The position numbers were made by a program, and so were the translations under genes. DNA of 63,313 bases. Source: an uncultured Gammaproteobacteria bacterium. GTDB lineage: Bacteria > Patescibacteriota > Patescibacteriia > Magasanikbacterales > GWA2-37-8. Of the stretch, positions 37,986-47,955 are shown piece by piece; position 1 is the stretch's first letter, and the number at the start of each line of letters is the position of its first letter. The stretch spans positions 1 to 63,313 of the forward strand of contig CAZHYG010000005.1 in assembly GCA_964536615.1 (NCBI GenBank). Reading direction: 5' to 3'. A model generated the notes under the pieces. It searched no databases, was not told the origin of the DNA, and saw only the letters and a program-made list of their open reading frames with translations.

Positions 37986-38843
37986 TTATCCTTGTAGTTT
38001 TATAATCACTAGCCGATCAAAACCTGATAGGTCTTTTTTAATTTCTATGCTCGCGTATGGCAGGTAATGTTGGATAAGTTCAATGATTGCCACAGATTGA
38101 GAGGGGTCAATTTCGAGCAAAACAAAAAGTTGGCAAGCTGGCGGCAAAGTTCGTATCTGAGATAATAAGCTGTTGTATGCAGCTAAGCCATTATGTTCAG
38201 CTACGAGTGCGATTTTTGGCTCTCGCTGAATAGAAGGTTCGGATTTAAATTGAGCTTCGCTTAAATATGGGAGGTTGGCGGTAATTACTACAAAACACGG
38301 CGTACCCAGCAAGGCCTGTTTTTTAAGCAATGGTTCAAGTAGGTTGCCATGAAAAAATTGTATCGGCGCATTGTATTTGCGCGCATTTTTTTTGGCCACT
38401 GTAAGCGCTTTAGTAGAAATGTCAATGGCAAAAATGCGAGCTAATTGCGGTGTGGCGTGAGAAACCGAAATAGGAATGCAGCCGCTGCCAGTGCCAACAT
38501 CAATATATATAATATCCGTTTTCTTTGCTTCCAGCTCATGCCTGATTAGGCGGATTGCTTCTTCAGCCATTATTTCTGTATCGGGACGGGGGATAAGAAC
38601 ATGTTTGTTTACAAAAAAATCAAGTCCTAAAAATTCTTTGTGTTTTAGAATCGCGGCCACAGAGTATCCTCGGCGATACTTAGATATGTAAAAATTGAAT
38701 CGAATTGATTCAATCCATGAGAGTTTGTATTTTGGAGAAGAGTATAAAAATTCTTTTGGTTTTTGTGTGGCGCCTGCCAGCAAAACATCAATATCAAGGA
38801 GCGGCAGCGTGTGAAATTTTGTTTGTATTTCACGTACAGTCAT
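37986..38843 (-). CDS. prmC: peptide chain release factor N5-glutamine methyltransferase
   Basis: 285 aa. The SAM motif is IDVGTGSGCI. The catalytic tetrapeptide reads NLPY instead of NPPY. It lies immediately downstream of prfA. Confidence 0.85.
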   Translation of the reverse strand: MTVREIQTKFHTLPLLDIDVLLAGATQKPKEFLYSSPKYKLSWIESIRFNFYISKYRRGYSVAAILKHKEFLGLDFFVNKHVLIPRPDTEIMAEEAIRLIRHELEAKKTDIIYIDVGTGSGCIPISVSHATPQLARIFAIDISTKALTVAKKNARKYNAPIQFFHGNLLEPLLKKQALLGTPCFVVITANLPYLSEAQFKSEPSIQREPKIALVAEHNGLAAYNSLLSQIRTLPPACQLFVLLEIDPSQSVAIIELIQHYLPYASIEIKKDLSGFDRLVIIKLQG

Positions 38844-38845
38844 AT

Positions 38846-39928
38846 TTATTCTTCGTCTGATTCTGCTTCTTCCATATCAAACCCATGAAGTTCGGCAATG
38901 CGAACAGTTTCGATAATTTGACCTATGTCGCCATCAAGAATTTTTGGAATATTGTTCCAGTTTTGATGAATGCGGTGGTCGGTGATGCGGTCTTGAGGAA
39001 AGTTGTAGGTGCGAATTTTTTCACTGCGATCACCGGTGCCAATTTGGGAGCGGCGTTTTTCAGTGATGGCTTTCATTTGCTCTTCGCGCTGAGCCGCATA
39101 GATGCGGGAACGTAAAACCGCCATTGCTTTTTCTTTGTTGGCAGTCTGTGAACGTTCATCTTGGCACTGTACCATAATGTTGGTTGGAATATGGATGATA
39201 CGCACGGCCGAATAGGTGGTATTTACGCTTTGGCCTCCGGCACCACCTGAACAGAATGTATCAATGCGTAAATCTTTTGGCTCAATTTTAATTTCTGTTT
39301 CTTCAATTTCTGGCAATACAGCTACGGTTACGGTTGAAGTGTGAATGCGGCCGGATTTTTCCGTATCAGGTACGCGCTGTACGCGGTGTACGCCCATTTC
39401 GTATTTTAAATCTTTATAAACATTTCTGCCTTTAATAGAAAAAATTACTTCTTTAAAACCGCCGATGCCAATGCGGTTGGCATCAAGCATTTGGGTTTTC
39501 CATCCTTGGCTGTCAGCGTATCGATTGTACATGCGGTAGAGCTCTGCGGAAAATAAAGCGGATTCATCACCGCCCACGCCGGCGCGGATTTCCATAATAA
39601 CATCTTTTTTATCAAATGGATCTTGCGGGCGAGTGAGCTCCTCTAGTTGAGATTCCAGCTCGGTTTTTTTCTGCTGCAATTCTGGCAGCTCCGCCGCAGC
39701 CAATTCTTTCATTTGCGGGTCAGATTCGGTTTCTATAATTGCCTGGGTTTGTGACAAGTTTTTTTCCGTAGTTGCCAATATTTGAACAAGATCTGCCACC
39801 GGTTTAAGTTCGGTATATTCTTGAGAGACTTCTTTTATTTTTTTAGGATCATTAAGCACAGCCGGGCTTTGCAGATCGGTTTCAAGTTGTTTAAATTTTT
39901 GTTCTATGTCCAGGTATTTTTTTTGCAT
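38846..39928 (-). CDS. prfA: peptide chain release factor 1
   Basis: 360 aa. It has GGQ ([12 protein letters not shown]), the RF1-type TVAVLPE and [17 protein letters not shown]. No frameshift site is present. Confidence 0.95.
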   Translation of the reverse strand: MQKKYLDIEQKFKQLETDLQSPAVLNDPKKIKEVSQEYTELKPVADLVQILATTEKNLSQTQAIIETESDPQMKELAAAELPELQQKKTELESQLEELTRPQDPFDKKDVIMEIRAGVGGDESALFSAELYRMYNRYADSQGWKTQMLDANRIGIGGFKEVIFSIKGRNVYKDLKYEMGVHRVQRVPDTEKSGRIHTSTVTVAVLPEIEETEIKIEPKDLRIDTFCSGGAGGQSVNTTYSAVRIIHIPTNIMVQCQDERSQTANKEKAMAVLRSRIYAAQREEQMKAITEKRRSQIGTGDRSEKIRTYNFPQDRITDHRIHQNWNNIPKILDGDIGQIIETVRIAELHGFDMEEAESDEE

Positions 39929-39946
39929 ACGGATATAAGCTGAATA

Positions 39947-39997
39947 ATTTCATTAAAAAAACAGACTAAACATGAGAAGTATTATAGTCTGTTTTTT
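39947..39997. terminator. bidirectional hairpin between prfA and rpmE
   Basis: AAAAAACAGACTA ... TAGTCTGTTTTTT with a 16-nt loop. Confidence 0.5.
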
Positions 39998-40010
39998 GAG
40001 ATTATCAAAG

Positions 40011-40307
40011 CTAGGCTTTTTTGTCGGCAGCTTTCTTAGCGGTTTTTTTAGCGGCAATAGCAGCCTTTTTAACTTTTTGTCCTTTGCGTACGGCTGCAGC
40101 TGCGCTTTTCTTATCAGTGCGTTCTTGGAATTTCTCTACGCGGCGAGCAGTGTCAACAAATTTCTGTTTGCCGGTATAGAACGGGTGGCATTGGTTGCAG
40201 AGCTCAATACGAATTGATTTGAGGGTGCTGCCGGTAGTAAATTTGTTACCGCAAGCACAGATTACTTCCGTATCATTGTGGTATTCTGGGTGAATGTCCT
40301 TTTTCAT
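40011..40307 (-). CDS. rpmE: 50S ribosomal protein L31 (Zn-binding type) with Lys/Ala-rich C-terminal tail
   Basis: The start was moved to [10 protein letters not shown]. It has CxC ... [10 protein letters not shown]. About 35 aa of K/A-rich extension follow. Confidence 0.9.
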   Translation of the reverse strand: MKKDIHPEYHNDTEVICACGNKFTTGSTLKSIRIELCNQCHPFYTGKQKFVDTARRVEKFQERTDKKSAAAAVRKGQKVKKAAIAAKKTAKKAADKKA

Positions 40308-40403
40308 AAATATGTTAAACACTATGTATAAGTGGTAATATACTAGCATTATCCCCGTGTCTTGTCAAGGATTTTATGGTATTTCGTGTTGCGGGTAGAT
40401 AGC

Positions 40404-40432
40404 TTGACTTTTTTCAGCCGTTACTATATAAT
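40404..40432 (+). promoter_or_regulatory. consensus promoter TTGACT-17-TATAAT for rpsB-tsf
   Basis: Exact hexamers with a 17-nt spacer, about 85 nt upstream of the rpsB ATG. Confidence 0.6.
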
Positions 40433-40517
40433 CCACCCATCATTTATTCTCGCTAGCTATCTTTTTCCTCCCTTGGACCACTCCGGGGCAAAGCTAGGAG
40501 GCAATAATAAGGAAAAT

Positions 40518-41312
40518 ATGTCAAAGAAAATGCCAACATTGTTGGAAATGTTAAAGGCCGGTGTTCACTTCGGTCATCAAAAATCACGCTGGCACCCAAA
40601 GATGGAGCAGTTCATTTTTGGCGTACGCAACGGCGTGCACATTATTGACTTGGAAAAAACCCAAGCTCAACTTGAAAAAGCGTTGGAATATACCAAAAAC
40701 TTGGCCGCAAAAGGTCATGTTATTTTATTTGTGGGCACAAAACGACAAGCTCGCGAAGCTATCAGAGAAGCCGCGCTTTCATGCGAAATGCCATATTTGG
40801 TAGAGCGCTGGATTGGTGGTTTGTTAACTAACTTTGAAGAAGTAAAACGCCGCTTGAAGAAATATAAGAATTTGAAAGACATGTTTGACAGCGGTGAAAT
40901 TGAAAAATACACCAAAAAAGAACAAGTGGTAATGAAAAAACAATTGGAAAAGTTGGATAAATATCTTATCGGTTTGACTGGTTTGGAAAAATTGCCAGAT
41001 GCAGTATATATTGCCGACATGAGAACGGAAAAAACTGCTTTGGCCGAAACCGACAGAACCGATGTGCCAACCGTGGCTGTGTGCGATACTAATACCAACC
41101 CAACTAAAGTACATTATCCAATTCCTGCCAACGATGATTCTGTAAACTCAATTAAAATGATCGCCGATATGATGGCTGAAGCTGTTAAAGAAGGCAGAAA
41201 AGAATTTGAAAAGAAAAAATTAGAAAAAGCCAAAGAAGAGCCGGCAAAACACCGTGTTGAAAAAGAAGAAAAGACTGAACGCAGAGCTCTTAAGAAAGAA
41301 GAATCCGTATAA
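40518..41312 (+). CDS. rpsB: 30S ribosomal protein S2
   Basis: The start was moved to ATG at 40518 (MSKKMPTLLEMLKAGVHFGHQ), which follows an AGGAGG SD. The C-terminal tail is K/E-rich. Confidence 0.95.
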   Translation: MSKKMPTLLEMLKAGVHFGHQKSRWHPKMEQFIFGVRNGVHIIDLEKTQAQLEKALEYTKNLAAKGHVILFVGTKRQAREAIREAALSCEMPYLVERWIGGLLTNFEEVKRRLKKYKNLKDMFDSGEIEKYTKKEQVVMKKQLEKLDKYLIGLTGLEKLPDAVYIADMRTEKTALAETDRTDVPTVAVCDTNTNPTKVHYPIPANDDSVNSIKMIADMMAEAVKEGRKEFEKKKLEKAKEEPAKHRVEKEEKTERRALKKEESV

Positions 41313-41381
41313 CAGGGTGCGCGCTTGCGCGCGATTTGCTATACTATACGGTATCAATAAATCATTTATCATCATACATAT

Positions 41382-42254
41382 ATGTCAATTACTGCCTCAG
41401 ATGTTGCCCAGCTTCGATCTCTTACTGGTGCGGGCATGATGGATTGCAAAAAAGCGCTTGATGAAGCAGCTGGCGACATGGAAAAAGCTGCGGAAATTTT
41501 ACGCAAAAAAGGTATTGTTAAAGCTGCTAAGCGCGCTGATAAAGTTGCTGCCGAAGGCGTTACCCAAGTTGTGGTAGATGGAAATACTGCCGTGATTGCG
41601 GAAGTAAATTCCGAAACAGACTTTGTGGCGCAAAATGAAGACTTTAAACAAATGGTGAGCAATATTACAGCTGCGCTACTTGCCAACAAGCCAGCTAATT
41701 TGGAACAGGCCATGTCTGTAACAGCTGATGGTGTGGCTTTGCAAGATGTTCTTAATAACTTTACCGCAAAAATTGGCGAGAAGATTTCTTTGCGTCGTTT
41801 TGCTGTGGTTGAAAAAACAGATGCCGATGCCTTTGGCGCATATTCGCACTTGGGCGGTAGAATCTCTGTTCTGGTAGTTTTGAAAAACAGCACTCATGCT
41901 GGTTTGGCTGCCGATATCGCCATGCATGCAGCTGCTTCAAATCCAAAATATATTAGCCGCGATCAAGTGCCTGCCGAAGTGGTAGAAAAAGAAAAAGAAA
42001 TTTATACTGAACAGCTTAAGCAGCAAGGCAAGCCGGAAGCAGCTATCGCTAATATTTTGAAAGGCAAACTTGATAAATATTACAGTGAAATCTGTTTGCT
42101 TGAACAAGCATTCATCAAAGATGAAGAAAAAACCATTCAAAATCTATTGGGCGAGCAAGTAGCTATATCTCAGATGGTTCGCTTTGAACTGGGAGAAGGC
42201 TTGGAAAAAGCCGTAACCGATTTTGCGGCAGAAGTGGAAGCTCAGTTAAAATAA
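41382..42254 (+). CDS. tsf: elongation factor Ts
   Basis: 290 aa. VAQLRSLTGAGMMDCKKAL is the UBA-like N-terminus, and EVNSETDFVA is present. Confidence 0.95.
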   Translation: MSITASDVAQLRSLTGAGMMDCKKALDEAAGDMEKAAEILRKKGIVKAAKRADKVAAEGVTQVVVDGNTAVIAEVNSETDFVAQNEDFKQMVSNITAALLANKPANLEQAMSVTADGVALQDVLNNFTAKIGEKISLRRFAVVEKTDADAFGAYSHLGGRISVLVVLKNSTHAGLAADIAMHAAASNPKYISRDQVPAEVVEKEKEIYTEQLKQQGKPEAAIANILKGKLDKYYSEICLLEQAFIKDEEKTIQNLLGEQVAISQMVRFELGEGLEKAVTDFAAEVEAQLK

Positions 42255-42362
42255 AAATCTTGTAATTATAACCAAAATACCCGGCCATTGCGCTGGGTAT
42301 TTTGTTCTTGTATTATATGGCATAACTTTGGTATACTCTACTCACAGATTCAATATATTTTT

Positions 42363-43550
42363 ATGACTACTCTTATTGTTCATAGGCAGAGAATAGGGCC
42401 GGTGCTAGGCAGGCATCCCTGGGTGTTTTCCGGTGCATTAAAAAATATTCCAGATGGTCTGGAAAGCGGCACGCCGGTGCGGTTGGTAAATGAAGAAGGC
42501 GGTTTTTTGGCGCAAGGATATTTTAATTCATATTCGCAGATTGCGGTTCGTTTGTGGAGCTGGGATGAAAACGAAACTGTTGATGAAAAGTTTTTTGAGA
42601 AAAAAATTAGCGATGCCTATGCGCTGAGAAAACAGCTAGTGGCAAGTAAAAAAACCGATTCATATCGCTTGGTGCATAGTGAAAATGATTTGTTGCCCGG
42701 TCTTATTGTTGATAAATATGGCGAGTATTTGGTTTTGCAATTTCATACAACCGGCATAGAGTTTTGGAAAGAAGCCATTGTTAAAGCGCTAAAAAAAGTG
42801 CTTGAACCGACAGGTATATATGAGCGATCGGATGTGCGCACGCGCGGCATAGAGGGTGCTGAGAAAAAAGCAGGCTTGTTGTTTGGCAAAGTGCCGGAAC
42901 GCATAAAAATCTCTGAGAACGGCTATAAATTTTGGGTAGATGTCATTGGCGGCCAAAAGACCGGTTTCTTTTTGGACCAGCGCGACAAGCGTCAGGCGCT
43001 TGTCAAATATGCAGAAGATAAAACCGTGCTTAATTGTTTTTCGTATTCCGGTGGTTTTAGCGTGTATGCGCTCGGCGCCGGGGCAAAGCATGTGGTCAGT
43101 GTAGATGCGTCTGAAAGCGCTTTGGAGTTAGCGGTAGAAAATGTGAAGCTTAATAAACTGGATGTTAAAAAATGCGACTTTGTCTGCGGCGATGTAAAAC
43201 AATACTTGTTTGATGCGAACCAAGAAGAAAAGAAAAAGTTTGATGTAATAATTTTGGATCCGCCGGCTTTTGTTAAAGACAGGCACAAAGTAAAAGAAGG
43301 GTTAATGGGCTATAAAAAAATAAACGAAATGGCTTTGCGGATTTTGCCGCCTAATGGCGTGCTGGTTTCCGCGTCTTGTTCGGCGCACGTTACCTTATCT
43401 GATTTTAGATATATGCTATCCGAATCTGCCGGCCATACCCGCCGCAGTTTGCAGGTTTTGGAAACCTACACGCACGGCATAGATCATCCGGAGCTTGTTT
43501 CCTTTATGGAAGGGGAGTATCTCAAATGCGTGTTTGCGAGAGTGGTATAA
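42363..43550 (+). CDS. class I SAM-dependent rRNA (cytosine-C5) methyltransferase, RlmI-like (PUA + MTase)
   Basis: The start was moved to ATG at 42363. Motifs: HPWVFSGAL, QKTGFFLDQR and IILDPPAF. Confidence 0.85.
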   Translation: MTTLIVHRQRIGPVLGRHPWVFSGALKNIPDGLESGTPVRLVNEEGGFLAQGYFNSYSQIAVRLWSWDENETVDEKFFEKKISDAYALRKQLVASKKTDSYRLVHSENDLLPGLIVDKYGEYLVLQFHTTGIEFWKEAIVKALKKVLEPTGIYERSDVRTRGIEGAEKKAGLLFGKVPERIKISENGYKFWVDVIGGQKTGFFLDQRDKRQALVKYAEDKTVLNCFSYSGGFSVYALGAGAKHVVSVDASESALELAVENVKLNKLDVKKCDFVCGDVKQYLFDANQEEKKKFDVIILDPPAFVKDRHKVKEGLMGYKKINEMALRILPPNGVLVSASCSAHVTLSDFRYMLSESAGHTRRSLQVLETYTHGIDHPELVSFMEGEYLKCVFARVV

Positions 43551-43570
43551 AACCGCTATAATAATTTTAT

Positions 43571-43885
43571 ATGAATAACAAATTACTTGGTCGGGCGGCG
43601 GTTCATGCCGGTCTGGCATTTGCCTATATTTTTTGCATTGCATTAGGTTTGCGGTTTACTGCCAAAGATGGGTTTAGCAGCGTGCCAGATTTTTTTGCTC
43701 CGATTATCATGTTAACTCTGCTTGTGTTATCGGCAGCAATTATGGCGGTTTTAATTTTTGGCAAACCGGTTTTATTGTATTTAGATAATCAAAAGAAAGA
43801 TGCAATAACCTTGTTGTTTTATACGCTTGGTTGTTTGGCGGCTATTTTTGTTGCCGTGGTGTTGGTGTTAATAATGGTTTATTAG
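43571..43885 (+). CDS. hypothetical membrane protein
   Basis: 104 aa with three hydrophobic helices. No motif recognised. Confidence 0.5.
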   Translation: MNNKLLGRAAVHAGLAFAYIFCIALGLRFTAKDGFSSVPDFFAPIIMLTLLVLSAAIMAVLIFGKPVLLYLDNQKKDAITLLFYTLGCLAAIFVAVVLVLIMVY

Positions 43886-43939
43886 TTTTTTACTCATTTC
43901 GTATATATTAAAGTTATAATTAATTTTTTAGAGTTATAT

Positions 43940-44932
43940 ATGAATATTGCAATTAATGGTTTTGGCAGAATTGGCCGTCAGGCATTTAAAGTCGCTTTTG
44001 CTAAAAAACATAAAATTGTCGGCATTAATGATTTGACCGACACCAAAACTTTGGCTCATTTATTAAAATATGATACCGCGTACGGCACCTATGATATGCC
44101 GGTAGAATATGATGAAAAAAATTTAATTGTAAAAGGCAAAAAAATTCCGGTGTTTGCCGAAAAAGATCCAAGCTTGTTGCCGTGGGCAAAGTTGAAAGTG
44201 GATGTGGTTCTAGAATGCACAGGCAGGTTTACTGATAAAGCCGGCGCCGAGCAACATGTAAAAGCCGGTGCTAAAAAAGTAGTTATCAGTGCGCCAGCCA
44301 AAGGCGGTGATGTGCCAACCTATGTGCGCGCTGTCAATTGCGCCAAGTGTAAAAAAGAAACAAGTAAGGTTATTAATAATGCATCCTGCACCACCAATAG
44401 TATCGGTCCGGTAATGGCAGTTTTAAACGAAAAGTTTGGTATTGAAAAAGCTATGATGAGTACGGTGCACGGGTATACCGCTGATCAAAATTTGCAAGAC
44501 GGTCCGCACAAAGATTTGCGCCGCGCCAGAGCTGCTGCTGAAAATATTGTGCCAACCACCACCGGCGCCGCCATTGCGGTTACCGAAGTTATTCCCGCCA
44601 TACAGGGTGTGTTTGATGGGCTAGCTTTGCGAGTACCGGTGCCAACAGTTTCGTTATCCGATATGACAGTATTATTAAAGAAAAATGTTACCAAAGAAGA
44701 GATAAATAAAGCCTTGATTGACGCAAGTAAAACAGAGCGTTTTAAAGGAGTGCTTGGCACTACCACTGAACAATTGGTGTCTTCCGATTTTATCGGCAAC
44801 ACTAATTCTTCTACGGTTGATTTGAGCTTGACAAATGTTGTGGGTGGAAATTTGGTAAAAGTCGTTGCCTGGTATGATAATGAAGTGGGGTATGCAAATA
44901 GATTAGTGGAGATTGCGGAGATGTACGTTTAA
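43940..44932 (+). CDS. gap: type I glyceraldehyde-3-phosphate dehydrogenase
   Basis: 330 aa. Motifs: INGFGRIGR, SCTTNS and WYDNEVGY. Confidence 0.95.
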   Translation: MNIAINGFGRIGRQAFKVAFAKKHKIVGINDLTDTKTLAHLLKYDTAYGTYDMPVEYDEKNLIVKGKKIPVFAEKDPSLLPWAKLKVDVVLECTGRFTDKAGAEQHVKAGAKKVVISAPAKGGDVPTYVRAVNCAKCKKETSKVINNASCTTNSIGPVMAVLNEKFGIEKAMMSTVHGYTADQNLQDGPHKDLRRARAAAENIVPTTTGAAIAVTEVIPAIQGVFDGLALRVPVPTVSLSDMTVLLKKNVTKEEINKALIDASKTERFKGVLGTTTEQLVSSDFIGNTNSSTVDLSLTNVVGGNLVKVVAWYDNEVGYANRLVEIAEMYV

Positions 44933-44938
44933 ATTTGT

Positions 44939-45304
44939 ATGAATAACGAAAGTCCGTCTTTTAATCCAGAGAGAAAAGTGGCTCGCACTAAGGAAGAGCT
45001 GCCGCCGTTAATGCATGATCATATTCGGTTGGTCCATCTCACTGCAAAAGAACTTGCAGAAAAAATACTTAAAACAGGATTAGATTATAGCAGGCATGGG
45101 ATGCTTCAGTCTGTGGCTAGAGGCTGGAGTGATGAAAAAATAGTAGAATTTTCTAGCGAAGATCCGCGGTTTAACGGTGAGGGGGTGGTGGCAGTAGTGC
45201 TGGATATGCCGTTTGATGAGCATAGAAAGCATGAAAGATCTGGACAGTCGCCAGGAGTAGTTCCGTCTGAATATATTGTAGGTATAATTCCAAGTGAGAA
45301 ATAA
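44939..45304 (+). CDS. hypothetical protein
   Basis: 121-aa ORF packed between gap and aspS. No motif recognised. Confidence 0.5.
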   Translation: MNNESPSFNPERKVARTKEELPPLMHDHIRLVHLTAKELAEKILKTGLDYSRHGMLQSVARGWSDEKIVEFSSEDPRFNGEGVVAVVLDMPFDEHRKHERSGQSPGVVPSEYIVGIIPSEK

Positions 45305-45320
45305 TATTAAGATAGAAAAT

Positions 45321-46709
45321 ATGAGAATTCTTTCAACCGAAACAACAGATAAGGTGGGGCAGGAGGTATTGCTTAAGGGCTGGGTAAACGCTCGCCGCAA
45401 TATGGGTAAGATTGTTTTTTTGGATTTGCGCGACCGAAACGGTATTGTGCAGGTTGTGGGCGTGCCATCCGAACTGGATGAAGCTTCAAACGAAAGTTTG
45501 AAAGAAGTGCGTCCTGAATGGGTGTTACAGATTAAAGGAATTGTAAAAGAGCGCGGTGAAAAACAAAAAAATCCAGATATGCCAACCGGAACCGTTGAAA
45601 TTTTAATGAAGGAACTTGTGGTGCTTAATACCGCCGAAACTCCGCCATTTGAAATAGATAAAGATACCAAAGGCATCAATGAAGAGTTGCGCCTTAAATA
45701 TAGATATTTGGATTTGCGTTCCGAAAGAATGCTAAGAAATCTGGTTTTGCGCGATAAGGTAGAAACTTTTTTTCGCGAATATTTGCATGCCAAAAATTTT
45801 ATTGAAGTTGAAACTCCAAATTTAACAAAAGGCACTCCGGAAGGATCGCGAGAATTTTTAGTGCCGTCTCGCGTGCACTCTGGCAAGATGTATGTGCTGC
45901 CTCAATCGCCCCAGCAATTCAAACAGTTGCTTATGGTGGGCGGTGTAGAAAAATATTTTCAAGTTGCCAGATGTTTTCGCGATGAAGATCAGCGCGGAGA
46001 CAGACAGCCGGAGTTTACGCAGCTGGATTTGGAAATGAGTTTTGTTGAACAAGAAGATGTTCTTAATCTGGTTGAGGGTATGATGATAGAACTGGTTGCC
46101 AAAGTGGCTCCAGAAAAAAAGATTCAAACCGTGCCATTTCCAAGAATTTCTTATAAAGAAGCGATGGAAAAATATAATAGCGATAAACCGGATTTGCGTG
46201 AAGACAAAAATGATCCAAATTTATTTGCGTTTGAATGGGTGGTAGATTTTCCAATGTTTGAAAAAGCAGATGATGGCTCTGTGCAAGCAGTGCATCATCC
46301 GTTTACTTCTCCGCGCGCCGAAGATGCAGATAAGCTGGACTCTGATCCGTTTAGTGTGCGCGCCAACGCCTATGATTTGGTGTTAAATGGCAATGAAATT
46401 TTTGGCGGCAGTATTCGTATTCACAAGCGTGAATTGCAAAATAAAGTGTTTGAATTATTGGGATTAGATGAGCAAACTATCCAAGAGCGTTTTGGCCATA
46501 TGTTGGAAGCGTTTACATTTGGCGCGCCTCCACATGGCGGTATTGCATCAGGTATTGATCGTATTTTAATGTTGCTTGCCAATGAAGAAAATATCCGTGA
46601 AGTTATTCCGTTTCCAAAGACTGGCGATGCTAGAGATTTGATGATGAACGCGCCGTCGGAAATGCCGGATAAAGCGCTGAAAGATGTGCATATAAAATTA
46701 GACAAGTAA
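45321..46709 (+). CDS. aspS: aspartyl-tRNA synthetase, bacterial-type core without the GAD insertion domain
   Basis: About 462 aa from ATG at 45321 (the track start at 45294 is GTG). Motifs: LPQSPQQFKQLLM, FRDEDQRGDRQPEFTQLD, HHPFTSP and GGIASGIDR. The DKPDLR motif is followed after about 10 residues by WVVDFPMFE. Confidence 0.9.
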   Translation: MRILSTETTDKVGQEVLLKGWVNARRNMGKIVFLDLRDRNGIVQVVGVPSELDEASNESLKEVRPEWVLQIKGIVKERGEKQKNPDMPTGTVEILMKELVVLNTAETPPFEIDKDTKGINEELRLKYRYLDLRSERMLRNLVLRDKVETFFREYLHAKNFIEVETPNLTKGTPEGSREFLVPSRVHSGKMYVLPQSPQQFKQLLMVGGVEKYFQVARCFRDEDQRGDRQPEFTQLDLEMSFVEQEDVLNLVEGMMIELVAKVAPEKKIQTVPFPRISYKEAMEKYNSDKPDLREDKNDPNLFAFEWVVDFPMFEKADDGSVQAVHHPFTSPRAEDADKLDSDPFSVRANAYDLVLNGNEIFGGSIRIHKRELQNKVFELLGLDEQTIQERFGHMLEAFTFGAPPHGGIASGIDRILMLLANEENIREVIPFPKTGDARDLMMNAPSEMPDKALKDVHIKLDK

Positions 46710-46713
46710 CTCA

Positions 46714-47406
46714 ATGCCTACAGAATTAAAGCTGGAAAAATTTGAAGGTCCTTTGGATTTGCTTTTGCAGCTGATAGATCAAGAGAAGATGGATATTAGC
46801 GAAATTGCTTTGTCTAAAATAACAGAGCAATTTTTTGCATATTTGGACAAGTTGGAACAAAACCGACCTGAAGAGCTGGCTGATTTTTTGGTGATAGCTG
46901 CTCGCCTTATTTACTTGAAGTCCCATCATTTGCTACAATATGCAAACCCATCCGAAGAAACCGGGCCCGATTTGGCGGATCAGCTTAAGTTGTATAAGCA
47001 ATATGTAGAGGCCAGTAAAAAAATAAATGCAATGTGGCAGGTTGGGTCGGTGGCGTATGGCAGGGTGGAGCCCCCAATTAAAGCTACGGAATTTATCATG
47101 CCGTCCAATGCAGCAGCGCGCAATCTGCATGCGGCCATGACTTCCATTATTCGCCGTCTCAAGCCGGTTGATCCGTTGCCAAAAGTAACTATTGATCATT
47201 CGCTTTCCGTAAAACAAAAAATAGACAGCATTCGGCATCTGCTAAAAAATTCTAAAGAGTTCAACTTTACGCATATTATACAAGCTGCAAAGAATAAGAC
47301 AGAAATAATCGTGAGCTTTTTGGCAATTTTGGAATTAATTAAAGAAAAAACCGTTTCCGTAAAACAGGATTTAGCGTTTGATGATATGGTAATTGTTAGG
47401 CGTTAA
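46714..47406 (+). CDS. scpA: segregation and condensation protein A
   Basis: 230 aa. FEGPLDLLLQLIDQEKMDISEIALSKITEQF is the canonical ScpA N-terminus. Confidence 0.9.
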   Translation: MPTELKLEKFEGPLDLLLQLIDQEKMDISEIALSKITEQFFAYLDKLEQNRPEELADFLVIAARLIYLKSHHLLQYANPSEETGPDLADQLKLYKQYVEASKKINAMWQVGSVAYGRVEPPIKATEFIMPSNAAARNLHAAMTSIIRRLKPVDPLPKVTIDHSLSVKQKIDSIRHLLKNSKEFNFTHIIQAAKNKTEIIVSFLAILELIKEKTVSVKQDLAFDDMVIVRR

Positions 47407-47418
47407 TATTTTTCGCGT

Positions 47419-47952
47419 ATGAATATTTCATCACAAATCGAATCAATATTATTTGTTGCTTCCAAGCCGCTTACTGCAAAAAAAATTGCGGCTGTGTTGC
47501 AGGTGCCAGAAGCAGATGTAGATCAGGCATTACAGCAGTTGCGCTCCACTTACAGTCTTGAATCATCGGGCATTGTTTTGTTGCAAAACAATAATGAATG
47601 GCAGATGACAACCAATCCGGAAAATAAAGCGCTGGCGGAAAATTTTATGAAAGCGGAAATCTCGGGAGAATTAACCAGGCCTCAATTGGAAACACTTACG
47701 GTAATTTCATATTGCGGACCAATTACCAAGCCGGAGTTAGAGCAAATTCGTGGCGTCAATTGCGCTCTTATTTTGCGCAACCTCATGATGCGCGGTATGG
47801 TAAAAGAAAATGAAGACAGTGTCAGTTTGTTGCCGACATACGAAACAACTATGGAATACTTGCGCCATATGGGCGTAAGCAGTTTGTCTGAATTGCCGGA
47901 GTATCAGGAGTTGCACCAACACCCATATATTAAAAATATTGTTACTGAATAG
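47419..47952 (+). CDS. scpB: segregation and condensation protein B
   Basis: 177 aa. It has IESILFVASKPL and LTRPQLETLTVISYCGPITKPELEQIRGV. Confidence 0.9.
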   Translation: MNISSQIESILFVASKPLTAKKIAAVLQVPEADVDQALQQLRSTYSLESSGIVLLQNNNEWQMTTNPENKALAENFMKAEISGELTRPQLETLTVISYCGPITKPELEQIRGVNCALILRNLMMRGMVKENEDSVSLLPTYETTMEYLRHMGVSSLSELPEYQELHQHPYIKNIVTE

Positions 47953-47955
47953 TCT

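Noticed and set aside
38846-39928. Programmed +1 frameshift typical of release factor 2
   Set aside because: The gene is RF1 (no SPF motif; RF1-type sequence). It is one uninterrupted frame.
41372-41893. 173-aa minus-strand ORF
   Set aside because: It is fully antisense to elongation factor Ts. The A/S-rich mirror-frame composition is typical of antisense artefacts.
45080-45886. 268-aa minus-strand ORF spanning the hypothetical gene and the start of aspS
   Set aside because: It is S/R/K-rich low-complexity antisense sequence. The + strand carries an AspRS with unmistakable class II motifs. No SD or start context is present.
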